64,000 nucleotides of DNA from Octopus sinensis (GCF_006345805.1 NC_043002.1:28396001-28460000); one strand, 5' to 3'; positions 12,692-32,031 are shown, numbered from the stretch's first letter. Notes: generated from the sequence alone by a model not told the origin. Numbers and translations are program-made.

Positions 12692-13019
12692 TTGGAAGAA
12701 AAATTCTTATTTTGTACAGTATTGTATAATACTTTTACTATTATGATTCTAATATATTCTTTAGTCTTTTAAAACAAATCTTGTGCTTTTTCATCTTATT
12801 TATTTCCTTGTATATTCAACCACATATAGCCAGTCACCATAATATTGGTGGCTAGTTAGCAAAAATAAGGTGAAAGGCAAATATACATATCTAAGGCTAC
12901 TTGATAGTTATTTTACCTCACATCCGCGATTTCGTCACCTTGCTAATTTTCAGTGCTTCTGGTTAATTGAGTCGATTTTGACTTCTATTTCTCGCAAAAC
13001 TGGTGCAATCTAGTACCCT

Positions 13020-19700
<6,681 letters not shown>

Positions 19701-20404
19701 TATACCCATGTTGTCAAAAATAAATCAGGTACTTCATAAATGCATTGACATAACATACATCCATATATTTTATATTTATTTCTTAAAACATATATACTAT
19801 CAGGCTGGTTTCTGTTCCTAATATAGCAGTATCAAGAGCTATACTCAACTATGACTATTACTTAATTCTACAAAGACAAAAAGACTAAACTTCACTCACT
19901 AAACTCATTAAGCGGCCAGTTAGCTAAAACCAGGACGCTATTTTGCAGAGAAATTTGACGAGCTATTTCAGGAACTTACTCTTCGGATTTTGAAACATGC
20001 TCCAAATGGGTATGCGTTCAAGCATATTTTCAATAAGTCTAATATTAATGTTCATTGCGGTCCCAAATCACATATTATGCCGGTAATTAAATTGCATAAC
20101 ACCAATGGCGCACTTTTCAATGGCATAAAATCAAACCTTTGTTGTCTGGAATATTGATATTTAACAAACTAAATATGTTTCTGCGCTGTTTCTAATAGCA
20201 AAAACATTATAAAAAGAAAGTATTAAGCACTTATGTAGGTATCACAATAAAATGTTCAACAGTCGATTTTACCAACATATCAACTCTTTTAAACAAAGAT
20301 CCAATGAAAATATTAAATAGAACACTGTCCAATAAAAATGACACAGCTAAAGACAGTCAATTCCTGATCTTGTATCTTTGAAAATCTTAATTATAGGTAA
20401 CATT

Positions 20405-21980
20405 TCAATACAATCAAATTCCGCTGAGTTCGACGACTTTGCCTTTCATCCTTTCGAGGTCGATAAAACAAGTACCAGTTGAGCACTTGGGTTGATGTAA
20501 TCGTCATAAACTCACTTCCGAACTTGCTGGTCATGTAACAAAATTTGAACCCAATATTTCAATACCAAAACACAAACCCAAAACATATCAAAAACATATT
20601 CATTCATTAGTTAAGGCGGCGAGCTGGTTGAATCGTTGGAACGCCGAGCAAAAAGCTTTATCTTCGTCCGTCTTTATGTTCTGAGTTCAATCTCCCCCGA
20701 GGTCGACTTTGCCTTTCATCCTTTCGGGGTCCATAAGGTAGGTACCAGTTGAGCACTGAGATCGGTGTAATCGACTTAGCCCCTTGCTCGAAATTGCAGG
20801 CCTTGTGCCAAAATTTGAAATGAATATCAATTCATTAATAAAGGAGGAAAACTGGCAGAATCGTTAGCACGCCGGGCAAAATGCTTTGTGGCATTTCGTC
20901 CGTCCTTATGTTCTGAGTTTCATTCTCTTGCGGTCGATAAAATAAGTACCAGTTGAACATCGGAGTCGATGTAATCGACTTATCCCCTGAACCGAAATTC
21001 CAGGCTTTGTGCTTATAGTAGAAAGAAATATCTAGGCGGCGAGCTGGCAGAATAGGTCGATAAAATAACTACTAGTTGATCACTCACTAGGGTCGATGTG
21101 CTCGACTTACCCTATCCTTCGAAATTACTGACCGATCATGAGCCAAAGTGTGAAACCAATATTAATTCATTAATTTAACGAATCTCATTTCAACGACTGA
21201 AATATTCTACGTTGTAGAAACAATTTTGAAGTGAAGTGAATTTGCTCGTTAAAAGTCAAGTATATAACCAACTACAATGCCGCCCCAGTAAATTTTCAAG
21301 CGGGTACACGGTAACTTAAATATTTATCCCTTTATTTTTACATCTGACAATTTGATCTGTGAATGGCTAAACGTAATTAAAACTTAATATTATTTGATTC
21401 GTAGAACCGAGAAAGAAAAAAAACACATTGAATCCAGCAATCTACTATAATAGCCACCTCCACAATATTCTTTTCTACTCTAGGCACATGACCCGAAATT
21501 TTGGAGGAGGGGTCCAGTCGATTAGATTGACGCCAGTATGCAGCTGGTACTTAATTTATTGACCCCGAAAAGCAAAGTCGACCTCGGCGGAATTTGAACT
21601 CAGAACGTAGCGGCAGACGAGATACCGCTAAGCGTTTTGCCCGGCGTGCTAACGTTTCTGCCAGCTCGCCGCCTTCCCGCAGACGAAATACCTATTTCTT
21701 TGCTTCCCACAAGGGGCTAAACACAGAGAGGACAAACAAGGACAGACAAACGGATTAAGTCGAATATATCGACTCCAGTGCGTAACTGGTACTTATTTAA
21801 TCGACCGGTTGATTAGATCGACCCCAATACGCAACTGGTACTTAATTTATCGACCTCGAAAGGATGAAAGACGAAGCTGATCTCGGCTGGATTTGGAGTC
21901 AGAACATAAAGACAGACGAAATACCGCTAAGCATTTCTCCCAGCGTGCTAACGTTTCTTATTTCTTTATTGCCCACAAGG
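20405..21980. mobile_element. Cluster of about 8 SINE family 1 copies (plus 20405-21160, minus 21470-21980), several nested or chimeric
   Basis: Repeated core GACTTTGCCTTTCATCCTTTCG.GGTCGATAA; heads at 20615, ~20850, ~21035; two tail types (..CGAAATT..GGCCTTGTGC..AGTAGAAA and ..GCCCCTTGTGGG..AAAGAAATAG). Confidence 0.85.
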
Positions 21981-21987
21981 GACTAAA

Positions 21988-23788
21988 CATTGTGTCTCTC
22001 ATAAGTGCAGCTTCACTTGAAATTCCTTCACATACATATCACAGATCATGCGATCTCGTCCCTGAAGCTGGATATTTAAAACATTGAGATGCGCAGTTAT
22101 GTCAACCAGAAACGCCAACTCGCATTTCCACTGTTCATGCCGCAGAAGTTTGGATTCTTTTCATTTACTGTCCTTGAACTGACATATCTCCTCAACCAGC
22201 TCAAAAACTATATTGAGGACCTGTCTTCGACTGAGCCACCGCATCTCCATATGATAAAGCACAGCGCCAAACTCTGAATGTATTTCCCGCAGGAAAGACT
22301 GAAATTGGCGGTGATTTAATCCTGTGGCTCGGATAAAGTTTACGCTTTTCATTTCAGTGCTCATTACATGTTCCATTTTTAAGGCATTATCCCACAACGT
22401 TTCCTGGTGTATGATGCAGAGATGTGTTATCAACTCACCAGCGCAGTTCTCTTATTGCATCTTTAAACGTATGCTACTCGCTTGTCCACTTTTTTCACCG
22501 CACATCGCCGGTGCTCCATCTGATGTAAGTCCAACAAGTTTGTCCCAAGGCAGTTTCATGTCGGTTACACTCTGACATATCTTTTCAAAAAAGTCCTTTC
22601 CTCTTGTTGTCCCATGCATTGACTTAATGTCCAAAATTTCCTCCATGACGAACAAATTGGAGTCCACTCCACGGATGAAGACAGCCAGTTGTGTCGTATC
22701 AGTCGTGTCGGTAGTCTCATCTACAGCAAGAGAGTATACGACAAAATCTTTTCTATTTTCAATCAACTGTGTTTTCAAATCATTGGCCATTTCACACACC
22801 CAGTCAGCTACCGTATTTCTGCTAATACTCACATTAGCAAGCAGTTGCTTCTCGTCTGGACACAAACCGTCACACATTTTCATCACGTAGCTCTTCACAA
22901 ACTCTCCTTTGGTAAATGGCTGGGCTGATTTTACGATCTCCTCTGCCACAACAAAACTTGCTTTAACAGCAGCTTCACTTTGTAATTTTGCTTTGGTTAA
23001 AGAAATGTCTGTTGTAATGAGAGATTCTTCTTCAACTCGTCTACCTTTCGTTGCTTCTGCTCAGTAATGAAGTATTTATACTTGTCCTCATGTTTTGTCT
23101 CGTAGTGGCATTTGAGGTTATACGCTTTGAGTACAGCAACATTAGCCCCACAATTAAGACACACAGGTTTGCCATCAGTGTCAGTAAACATGTACTCAGT
23201 TTCCCACCGGATTTGAAAGGCTCAGTTTTCAGCATCGACTTTTCTCTTGGCCATTGATATAGATAGCTACTACTACTGAATGACGTCATGTGAAAATGAT
23301 CACCCGAAAGAGCGGTAAGGCGGCTGTTGCGGTGTATTATGGGATTAGTAGATTTTGCGTCATCAACATTTCTCAAAACGCGATTAGAGAATCGAAGGAG
23401 GCATTTCCCAGCATGCTCTGTTGCAGTTACAATTAAGACTTGTCATTGTATGATCATGCCTTTTTATATGCTTTTTTTTGTACAGACAGGGTGTAATAGC
23501 TACGGTGGTGTTGTTTCAAGTCGTGTATTAAATTATTTGGTGACTCTCTCAGTAAGAAAGGTAGTACAGTCAGTGCTATATATAATGGAATGGCCTGCTT
23601 TAGCCACACATTATGTATGTGTAGTTGTAACAAGAAGGCGTGGGTGTTGCTGAGGGCAGCAAAATACTCTATTTGCTGATGCCGCCATTTGGACCAATTT
23701 CATGCTGATATCAAAATGGCCCCGCGTGCCAGATGAAATTGCTGCACGGGCTAGAAGTGGCTCGCGGGCCGGGAGTTTGGCATGTCTG
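21988..23788 (-). mobile_element. hAT (Charlie/SPIN/Buster-type, GTF2IRD2-like) DNA transposon, 5' half
   Basis: Terminus CAGACATGCCAAACTCCCGGCCCGCGAGCC flanked by CTCTAGAG (23789-23796, Charlie-type target). Transposase MAKRKVDAEN*AFQIRWETEYMF..CLNC..HYETKH (BED), SLAVDETTD, LTSDGAPAM, CIIHQE, RWLS. Interrupted by a SINE at ~21988; C-terminal half and second TIR absent. Confidence 0.92.
21990..23253 (-). pseudogene. hAT transposase remnant
   Basis: ORF pieces 22997-23191, 22452-22949 and 22161-22433 are collinear, separated by stops or frameshifts. Confidence 0.9.
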
Positions 23789-23959
23789 CTCTAGAGTTTT
23801 GGCAAAATCAATAGAGCTTCGGTAAAGAAATACCTTGCAGTATTTGATCCGGTTCTATATATTCTGCAAAATCACTGCATTAGTGTGTGTATTAACATTT
23901 CTTTCTAATATTTGACACAAAGCCAGCAACAATGAAAGGAGGATGAAGTTGATTACATA

Positions 23960-24697
23960 GACCCCACTCCCCAGTGCTCAACTAGTACTATTTTATCGAT
24001 GAAAGGTAAAGTCGACATTGGCAGAATTGGAACTCGAACATAATGTCCAACCTGCTAATGATTCTGTCATCTCGCTGCCTTATTTTGCTTATATTAATAC
24101 TAGTTTCAAATTTTGGCACAAGGCCAGCAATTTCGATTAGGGGCTAAGTCAATTACATCGACCGCAATCTCAACTGGTACTTATTTTATGGATCCCAAAA
24201 GGATGAAAGGCAAAGTTGATCACGGCGGAATTTGAACTCAGAATGTAAAGACATGAAATGTTGCTAAGCATTTTGCCCGACGTCCGAACAATCTGCCAGT
24301 CGCCGCTTTATTTTGTTTCTGCTAATATTCATTTCTACTCTAGACACACATCCCGAAATTTTGTGGGGAGGGGTCCAGTCGATTGGATCGACCCTACTAT
24401 GCAACTGGTACTTAATTCAACCTCGGCGCAATTTGAACTCGGAACGTAAAGACAGACGAAATACCTATTTCTTTACTACCCACAAGGGGCTAAAAACAGA
24501 GAGGACAAACAAGGACAGACAAACGGATTAAGTCGATTATATAGACCCTAGTGCGTAACTGGTACTTATTTAATCGACCCCGAAAGGATGAAAGGCAAAG
24601 TCGACCTTGGTGGAATTTGAACTCAGAACGTAACGGCAGACGAAATACCGCTAAGCATTTCGCCCGGCGTGCTAACGTTTCTGCCAGTTCGCCGCCC
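23960..24697 (-). mobile_element. Cluster of about 4 SINE family 1 copies, one nested in another
   Basis: Full type-B copy (~24466-24697) whose tail abuts CAGACGAAATAC of a type-A copy. Confidence 0.85.
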
Positions 24698-26198
24698 TGC
24701 TTATATTAATATTAAAGGCAAATATGTTGTGTGGACCGAACGCAAGCAATAAGACGAGACAGCCTCGTTATTTTACATCCCAGTTGAAGTCATTAAACTT
24801 CATTCGCGAAATTAATACATTTGAGAAAAAGTATCACCACCAAAAACAAAAATTGTTCCCTTCAAATTTATGGCCTTGTGTCTAACAAGAACGTCAATAT
24901 TAAATATGAAACAAAGAAAACCTTGTAACGAGAGCTCAGTTTATAATTTTTATAAAAAGCAGACGATAGTTTTTGAACAGCCAGCATCTACAAAGACACA
25001 CAATAACAGCTTTATTTTGCAACATTAAATGATGTTCTGTTCATGCGTATGTCTGTCTAATTTTTTCTCCTTTTGTGTGTGAGTATGTGTATGCGTGTGT
25101 TTGTTAAATTACGATGTAAAGGCAATCAAATACACTATTTTCATTTGAATTTAGTCAATATTTTATTTACCACATTCGAAGTCATTTAATTTCACGCTTT
25201 CTCCCCACCAAAAAAATTGTCAAGCAGTAATATATTTTTGTTTTTATAATTACTGGTTTATCTACGTTTTGTGCGCTGTAATAAAATATCTACAACGAAA
25301 TACAAATTTGTATTGCATTTTTATAATGGAAAACAAATTAAAATCCAAAATGTTTCTGGCTCGTACGAAAACGAAGCAAAACGAAGACGATGCTTCTGTT
25401 GAAATATTCGATTAATGTAAAGATGTAGATATAAGCAAAATGAAGTAGGTTCGTGTTAATAACTGCTTTCTATTCATATACATGTATCTGTGTATTTATG
25501 TGTGAGTGAGGATGGATGTGTGTGTGTATGCATATATATATATATATATATATATATACTTGTGTGCTTGCATGCGTGTGTGTATATAAATATATATATA
25601 TATAAATACATGTATATATTAATGTTTTTATACATTCACATATACTTGTAAATATTATGGAGATCACTGTTACACACACATGCAAACTAACAGAGATACA
25701 GATGTATATAAATACATATACGTGTGCACATATGTATGTACGTATATATTTTTGCATGAGTATACATATATGTATGTGTGTGTATTTATACGTAAATATG
25801 TATATATATACATATATATATACACACACTCATACCTACATGTATGTCTGTATGAAAACGTATGTATGTTTATATTAGCGTATGTGTGCGCGCAGTGTGT
25901 GCTAGTGTGTGGGGGAGGGAAAGAAAGAAAGGAAGGAAGAAAGAAAGAAAGAAAGAAAGAAAAAGTGAATGCCTGCGTGCCTATATGTTGCGCGTGTCTA
26001 TATGCGGGAGATAGAGTTAGATATCTTTTAATATCACAGGCATTTATTCGGCTGAAATTCTTAACATTAATTACGGTAACAGCTCTATATTGATTTAATC
26101 CTAAATCCATGGCCACAATTTTTAAATCAGAGCCATTACTTATTTGAAATAGATATAGATATAAAACATTATACATATGCATTCGCATAGATATCTAC

Positions 26199-26229
<31 letters not shown>

Positions 26230-26250
26230 TATATATATACATATATATAC

Positions 26251-26300
<50 letters not shown>

Positions 26301-26304
26301 TATA

Positions 26305-26335
<31 letters not shown>

Positions 26336-28606
26336 TACATATATATATATGTGTGTGTGTGATTTGTTCTTTTTTGCAATATGTAGATTGCTTAGGCTAT
26401 GTGTGTGTATGTGTGTCTGTGTGTCTGTGTGTATCCGAAATTTAGATTAAACAAAAGTGCATCTGGCTGCAAAAATAATTACGAATTGACGAAAATACAG
26501 AACATCCTCTATTATCCAAGGCTTCACTTATCCGAAACAGCAATAGGTATTTTCGTGTGTTTAATTTCCGGGAGAAGAGAGTGTAGAAGGAAGAGAGAGC
26601 GCCTCAGAGACAGAGACACAGAGAGAGAGAAGCTGCGCTTAAAAGAAAGAGCAAGATATACAATCACACATATATCAATGCACTCACACACACACATACA
26701 TATAATATATATAGATATATATGCTGAGAGAGAGAGGAAGAGAGAAAGAGTTACAGACTATATAGAGACTCAACTGCGAATGTGAAAGTAGAAAGGGAAA
26801 GTAAGATAAATGAAGGTAAGTAAAAGAAATTTATACAAAGAGGTGTTGGATAGATGTGAATCAGAAGACGAGAAAGAGGAAGAGAGGCAAAATGAAAGCA
26901 AAATAATAATAATAATAATAATAATATAAGAAAAAAAAAACAAATCAAGAATTTCTATTTATATTTAAAAATTTATTTATTTAACATTAATCTGATTTTT
27001 GAAAGTCAATCGAAATATATAATAAAACTCTCTACTTTCTGCAATATGCTTACACTGGCTTCGCCAACAGCCGAAGAGCTGACGGCTAAAACACGCTTAC
27101 ATTAATAGCTTTGCATGAATTTACCCGCGCGAAATCTGGTGGTGTGTAGTTGCAGTGGGGAGGGGGACGCAGAACGTGGGGTGCGTGGTGCACGGTGTGG
27201 GGGGTTGTGTGTGTGTGTGTGCGTGCTGCGTGTGATGCGGGGCGGAGTGCGGAGACACTAGGCGTAGATTGATTAAAGGAAGTGGGTAAAGAGAGACTGG
27301 GATATGTGGAAAGTGAGGAGGGAGTGATAAAAAAACATGGAAAGATAGGGGTATGTAGTGAGAATTGTGTTGCTGTTGTTGTCGTTGTTGTTCGTGATGA
27401 TGGGTATGATGATGGTGGTGGTGGCGCCGGTGGTTACGGGGATGTCTGTATGTTGGTAGCGGCGATGAGGAGAGGTGTCACTGCAGAGTGAGGGCGGAGT
27501 GCTAATAGTGAATTGAAAATCAGGTTTGGAAAACAATCACGAACAATACATTCATGAACCGATTTAAAAAATAATATTGCGGCCCTGTGTGTTTAAATCT
27601 ATGTATATACGTATGTATGAATGTCTGTCTGTATGAATATATGCGTATATGTATGTGTGTCTCTGGTGTGTGCATGCGTGTTTGTGTGAGTGTGTATGTG
27701 TGAGTGTGTGTGTGTGTGTGAGTGTATGTGTGTGTACATATGCATACATGTATATATGTATATATGTTTGCATGTACGCGAGAGAGCTTATATGTGTATA
27801 AGCCCGTTTTTGTTTGTTGGTGTCTATCTACACTCTATAAGCAATGGGTTTACTAATAGAAATAAAATAGTGAGAAACGCTGGTATAAACAAATTTAAGG
27901 AGCACAGGAGTTTGGGGAAGTATAAAATTAGTCCTTCACTCACTGCTCCTCTCATGTCTGCTTTGGCATACACTCGCACTTACACAGGTCCGTGCCAAAA
28001 CTGATGATCCTGTGACTAAGGCAAACAGGAGTCACATAGATACTGGCCCTGTAGACGTGTGTAACCGAAGCACACCATTGTGTGAACATGCTTTGTTGTC
28101 ACGCAAACTACCCTTTTCCCTGAAGGATAAATATAAGCTGTTCTTTTGGTGAAACTCGGGGAGCAGGAGATTAACAGAGTAAATCATAAATAAACTAGCA
28201 GAAGGTTACAGGTAAAGGAAATGATTGCATCTTCAGACATTGCCATGGAGGTTCATGGACGTCAACACCTGTTTACATGGCAAATGAGAGAGACACAGCG
28301 ACAGAGTGGGGAGAGGGGTATTTACATTAATAGACATGTGAAATATTGGCAAAATGGGAAGGAAACGGATCAAGAAAAAGTACAGTAGTCAGCAGAAAGA
28401 GAGATGAATAGTTAGTAAAATATAGGGCAAGACGGGGAAATATGAAAGAGGAGCAAGATAGAAACATTGAGAAAGGGAATATAGAAACACGAAATAAAAA
28501 TGGAGAAACACTTGAAGCAGAAACATCAGGATTTACTGAGACAGAAATAAACCACATCATTTTTTACGGGTACTACGATATATATATATATATACATATA
28601 CATATG

Positions 28607-28668
<62 letters not shown>

Positions 28669-28734
28669 TATATATATATATGTATGTATGTATACATATG
28701 CATATGTATGTATTATGAATACGTATGCACGTAC

Positions 28735-28778
<44 letters not shown>

Positions 28779-29238
28779 CACATTTATACATATACATTTA
28801 TACATATACACATATACATATATACATATGTGCATTTATGTGTATATGTATGTGCGTGACCGCGTGTGTGTGCGTGAGCGCGTGCGTGTCAGTAAGTGTG
28901 TGTAATTCAAGCACTACCCGGCCTTTTTCTTGAAGCGGTTGCAATGCCACGTATGTTTGTCCCACCCATTAGATACGATAGGTCCTAAATTTCGTGCAGT
29001 ATGTCTCTTCCCATAACATTAATGTAACTGAGTGGGATTCCTCCGCTGCTAGAGTTCAGTAGTCTCCAATATATATAGCATCTGATTCACACATACACAC
29101 ACACACACGCACACACATACAATCACACACACACATACATACATACATACATACATACATACATACATACATACATACATACATACATACATACATACAT
29201 ACATGTATACATGTATACAGAGGGAGAGACAAGTAGAT

Positions 29239-29289
<51 letters not shown>

Positions 29290-29329
29290 TCATAGATTCA
29301 TAGATAGGCAGACAGACAGACAGACAGAT

Positions 29330-29376
<47 letters not shown>

Positions 29377-29402
29377 TAGATAGATAGATAGATAGATAGA
29401 TT

Positions 29403-29492
<90 letters not shown>

Positions 29493-29494
<2 letters not shown>

Positions 29495-29873
29495 TGTTTC
29501 TTTATTAGCCACACAGGGCTGCACACAGATAGAACAAATTACAAGGTAGAGCTTTTCTTTTGAAGGTATTAAAAAAAAAAAAAAAAAGGAAGGGGGAGGT
29601 TCGATCAAAAGGGATCGTAAAAGGAGAGAAAGAGGACAAAAATAAGGGGGTTAAAAAAAAAAAAAAAAAAAAAGGGGGGAGAGGAAAAAAAATGATCAAT
29701 AGGGATCGTTATCACAGAAATGTCAATATGAAGTGTAAAGGGGAGGACAGGTGAGGTTTACCCGTGGAAAGAAAAGCCTGCGGAAAAGACCACGGTAACC
29801 TCGGTCAATGAAGTCACATTTTATATTATTTTTTTTTTTTTTTTTTTTTTTTTGCAAATAAGCAACTCTCTGT
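29493..29873 (-). mobile_element. Unclassified retro-derived element X (LINE-3'UTR-like, simple-repeat tail)
   Basis: Three copies (29493-29873, 31261-31455 partial, 62819-63212). Minus strand ends ...GCAGCCCTGTGTGGCTAATAAAGAAACATA followed by (TCTA)n or (TTA)n; internal duplicated CGATCCC.TTGATC. Confidence 0.75.
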
Positions 29874-29955
29874 TTTCGATTTCTGGGTTCATAGGACTAT
29901 GCTCAAGGTGGCTTCGTCATTCATACGTGCCATTCTTGCTACATTCACCCATCTT

Positions 29956-29989
<34 letters not shown>

Positions 29990-30782
29990 TGCATACAGCC
30001 TGTTGATATAATTTATCTACGGCATTATCTTCATATATAACAGGAGAAAGAATAAACAGGTGATATTCTGAAGTTGTGGTACAGATGGAAACAGGAAAAA
30101 ACTGAACAGGAGGTAGAGTAAGTGAATGATTTATTGTGGTGGTGGATATTTAATAATGATGCGACGATATGGAAGCTGAAGTGAAAGGAGGAGTAAAACT
30201 GAAGCAAAGAGAAGGGGAGAAAAAAAAAGTGGGGAGGAATGGAGATATATATCGGAAAACGAAGTTAGTATGAAAGCTGAATTTAAATGAAGGGAGGAGT
30301 AATAAACGGAAGATGGAGGAGGAGGAGGAGGAATATGAAAGAGGAGGAGGAGTATGCGAAGTAATTTTCAAACTAAAGAATCAGGGAGCAGAATGCGCGG
30401 TACGCTTGTGAATTAAGAGAACAAATATGAACGAGTGGGAAGAGTACTATGTAATTTAAGGCTGGAGTTGAATGATGGAAGAGAAAATATGAAAGCAGAA
30501 CGTGAGATAAGCTGTGAGTGAGTAAAAGAGAGGGACTTAGGGAGTAAGAAGGGCATTTTGCAGGATGGAATCAAATTTAGAAAGGTGGAGTAAAATGCAG
30601 AAAGAAAGAATGTATAGGATAAAAAAGATGGTGTATAGATGTACGCGAGATGTATGCGGATTTTAAAAGTGAAAGCGGGGTTAAGTAAGTAAGAAAATGG
30701 AAGGGGGTCATAAATTAGAAAAACTAGAACTGTAACTGTAAGAAGAGTGAGGTAAATTAGAGAAGATGGAAGAGACAAAACT

Positions 30783-31050
30783 GAATACAGTTCTATATTT
30801 AAGAGATGAGGAATTATGTACATTATTTACATTTGACGGATATTTGTCCTCATCTTGTTTGTTGTTAACACAACGTTTCGGCTGATATACCCTTCAGCCT
30901 TCGTCAGGTGTCTTGGGGAAATTTCGAACCTGGGTTCTCATTCCTAAGGTATTTTTCGATGTTATTATTATTATTCATGTCACTGCCTGGAAACGAACTC
31001 GGCATCTTGGGGTTAGTAGCCCGCGCTCTTAACCACTACGCCATATGCCC
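30783..31050 (-). mobile_element. tRNA-headed short element carrying a hammerhead ribozyme
   Basis: Minus strand: GGGCATATGGCGTAGTGG (A box TGGCGTAGTGG)..GAGTTCGTTTCC (B-box-like)..(TAA)4..HHR at 30867-30912..AT-rich tail. Confidence 0.8.
30867..30912 (-). ncRNA. Minimal type I hammerhead, canonical core plus extra A
   Basis: GACAC CTGACGA A GGCTGA AGGGTATA TCAGCC GAAAC GT T GTGTT. Helix I 5 bp, helix II 6 bp, AACGTT palindrome. Confidence 0.8.
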
Positions 31051-31103
31051 TTAAGAGCGCGGGCTAATAACCCCAAAATTCCGCGTTAGATTCCAGGTAG
31101 TGA

Positions 31104-31153
<50 letters not shown>

Positions 31154-31186
31154 TAATAATAATAATAATAATAATAAAATAATAAT

Positions 31187-31260
<74 letters not shown>

Positions 31261-31262
<2 letters not shown>

Positions 31263-31455
31263 TGTTTCTTTATTAGCCACACAGGGCTGCACACAGACGG
31301 GACAGATTACAAAGTAGAGCTTTTCTTTTTTTGGGAAAAAAAAAAGGTGGGGTAGGTTTTCGATCAAAAGGGATCGTAAAAGGGAAAGAAGAAAAAAAAG
31401 GAAATAAACAAAGGAAAATTAAAAAAACGATCAATAGGGATCGTGTATCACAGTG
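31261..31455 (-). mobile_element. Element X, 5'-truncated copy inserted in a (TAA)n tract
   Basis: Same 3' end (plus strand TATGTTTCTTTATTAGCCACACAGGGCTGCACACAG) as 29493 and 62819. Confidence 0.75.
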
Positions 31456-31511
31456 TCATGATCATCGAAAAATACCTTAGGAATGAGAACCCAGGATCGA
31501 AATTTCCCCAA

Positions 31512-31557
31512 GACACCTAATGAAGGCTGGAGGTTATATCAGCCGAAACGTCGTGTT
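31512..31557 (+). ncRNA. Hammerhead motif with G5A substitution (likely inactive)
   Basis: GACAC CTAATGA A GGCTG GAGGTTATAT CAGCC GAAAC GT C GTGTT. Confidence 0.7.
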
Positions 31558-31966
31558 AACAACAAACAAGATGAGGACAAATATCCGTTAATTGTAAATA
31601 ACGTAAATAATGTACAAAATTGAATGTCATAAAAAACTGAAACTGCCGGAGTGAAAATGATAAAACAAATTTGATTGAAAATAGAGAAGGAAAGAATTGG
31701 AAATATATGTGAATGAAGAAAACATGAGAAAGTAAGAAAGAGGACGAACGAGACATTGAAAGAAAGCATTGTGGGTGATAGAGGGCTTGAGAAGGGAAGA
31801 GAAAGTGAGAAAAGATAAAAGTGAAAGAAAAGTGTGCATGCGCAGGCATGGTTATGCTGGATCAGTCTCTCTGTGCGACACTTTGCGCAAGTGCCTTCTA
31901 CTATTTCATGCAGGACCGACCAGTGCTGAGTGAATTTGGTAGATGGAAACCGTGTGGAAGCCCGTC

Positions 31967-32031
<65 letters not shown>

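Larger units (their letters stand above)
9356..12800 (+). mobile_element. Near-full-length degenerate Penelope-like retroelement A with inverted 5' pLTR
   Basis: RT motifs GIAMGTRAAP (11330-11365) and WRNFLDDCFILW (11462-11498); GIY-YIG NLIYVI..NYIGST (12112-12504). 9361-9600 is the reverse complement of 12550-12790. Many stops and frameshifts. Confidence 0.92.
31051..31622 (+). mobile_element. Second, inverted copy of the tRNA-HHR element, interrupted by (TAA)n expansion and element X
   Basis: 31051-31110 mirrors 30963-31032; the body resumes at 31462 (CATCGAAAAATACCTTAGGAATGAGAACCCAGG..). Confidence 0.8.

Noticed and set aside
19980-20038. Possible 59-nt minus-strand exon with GTAAGT donor
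   Set aside because: Weak acceptor; two frames open and neither recognisable. Needs RNA-seq.
28000-28170. CTGATGA followed by a TGTGACT/AGTCACA hairpin; possible HHR or C/D snoRNA
   Set aside because: No GAAA after a helix II, no helix I partner and no terminal stem for a C/D RNA.
30975-31050. tRNA-like sequences here and at 5957, 43239, 56718
   Set aside because: A and B boxes are present but acceptor stems do not close and the sequences continue into repeat bodies: SINE heads, not tRNA genes.
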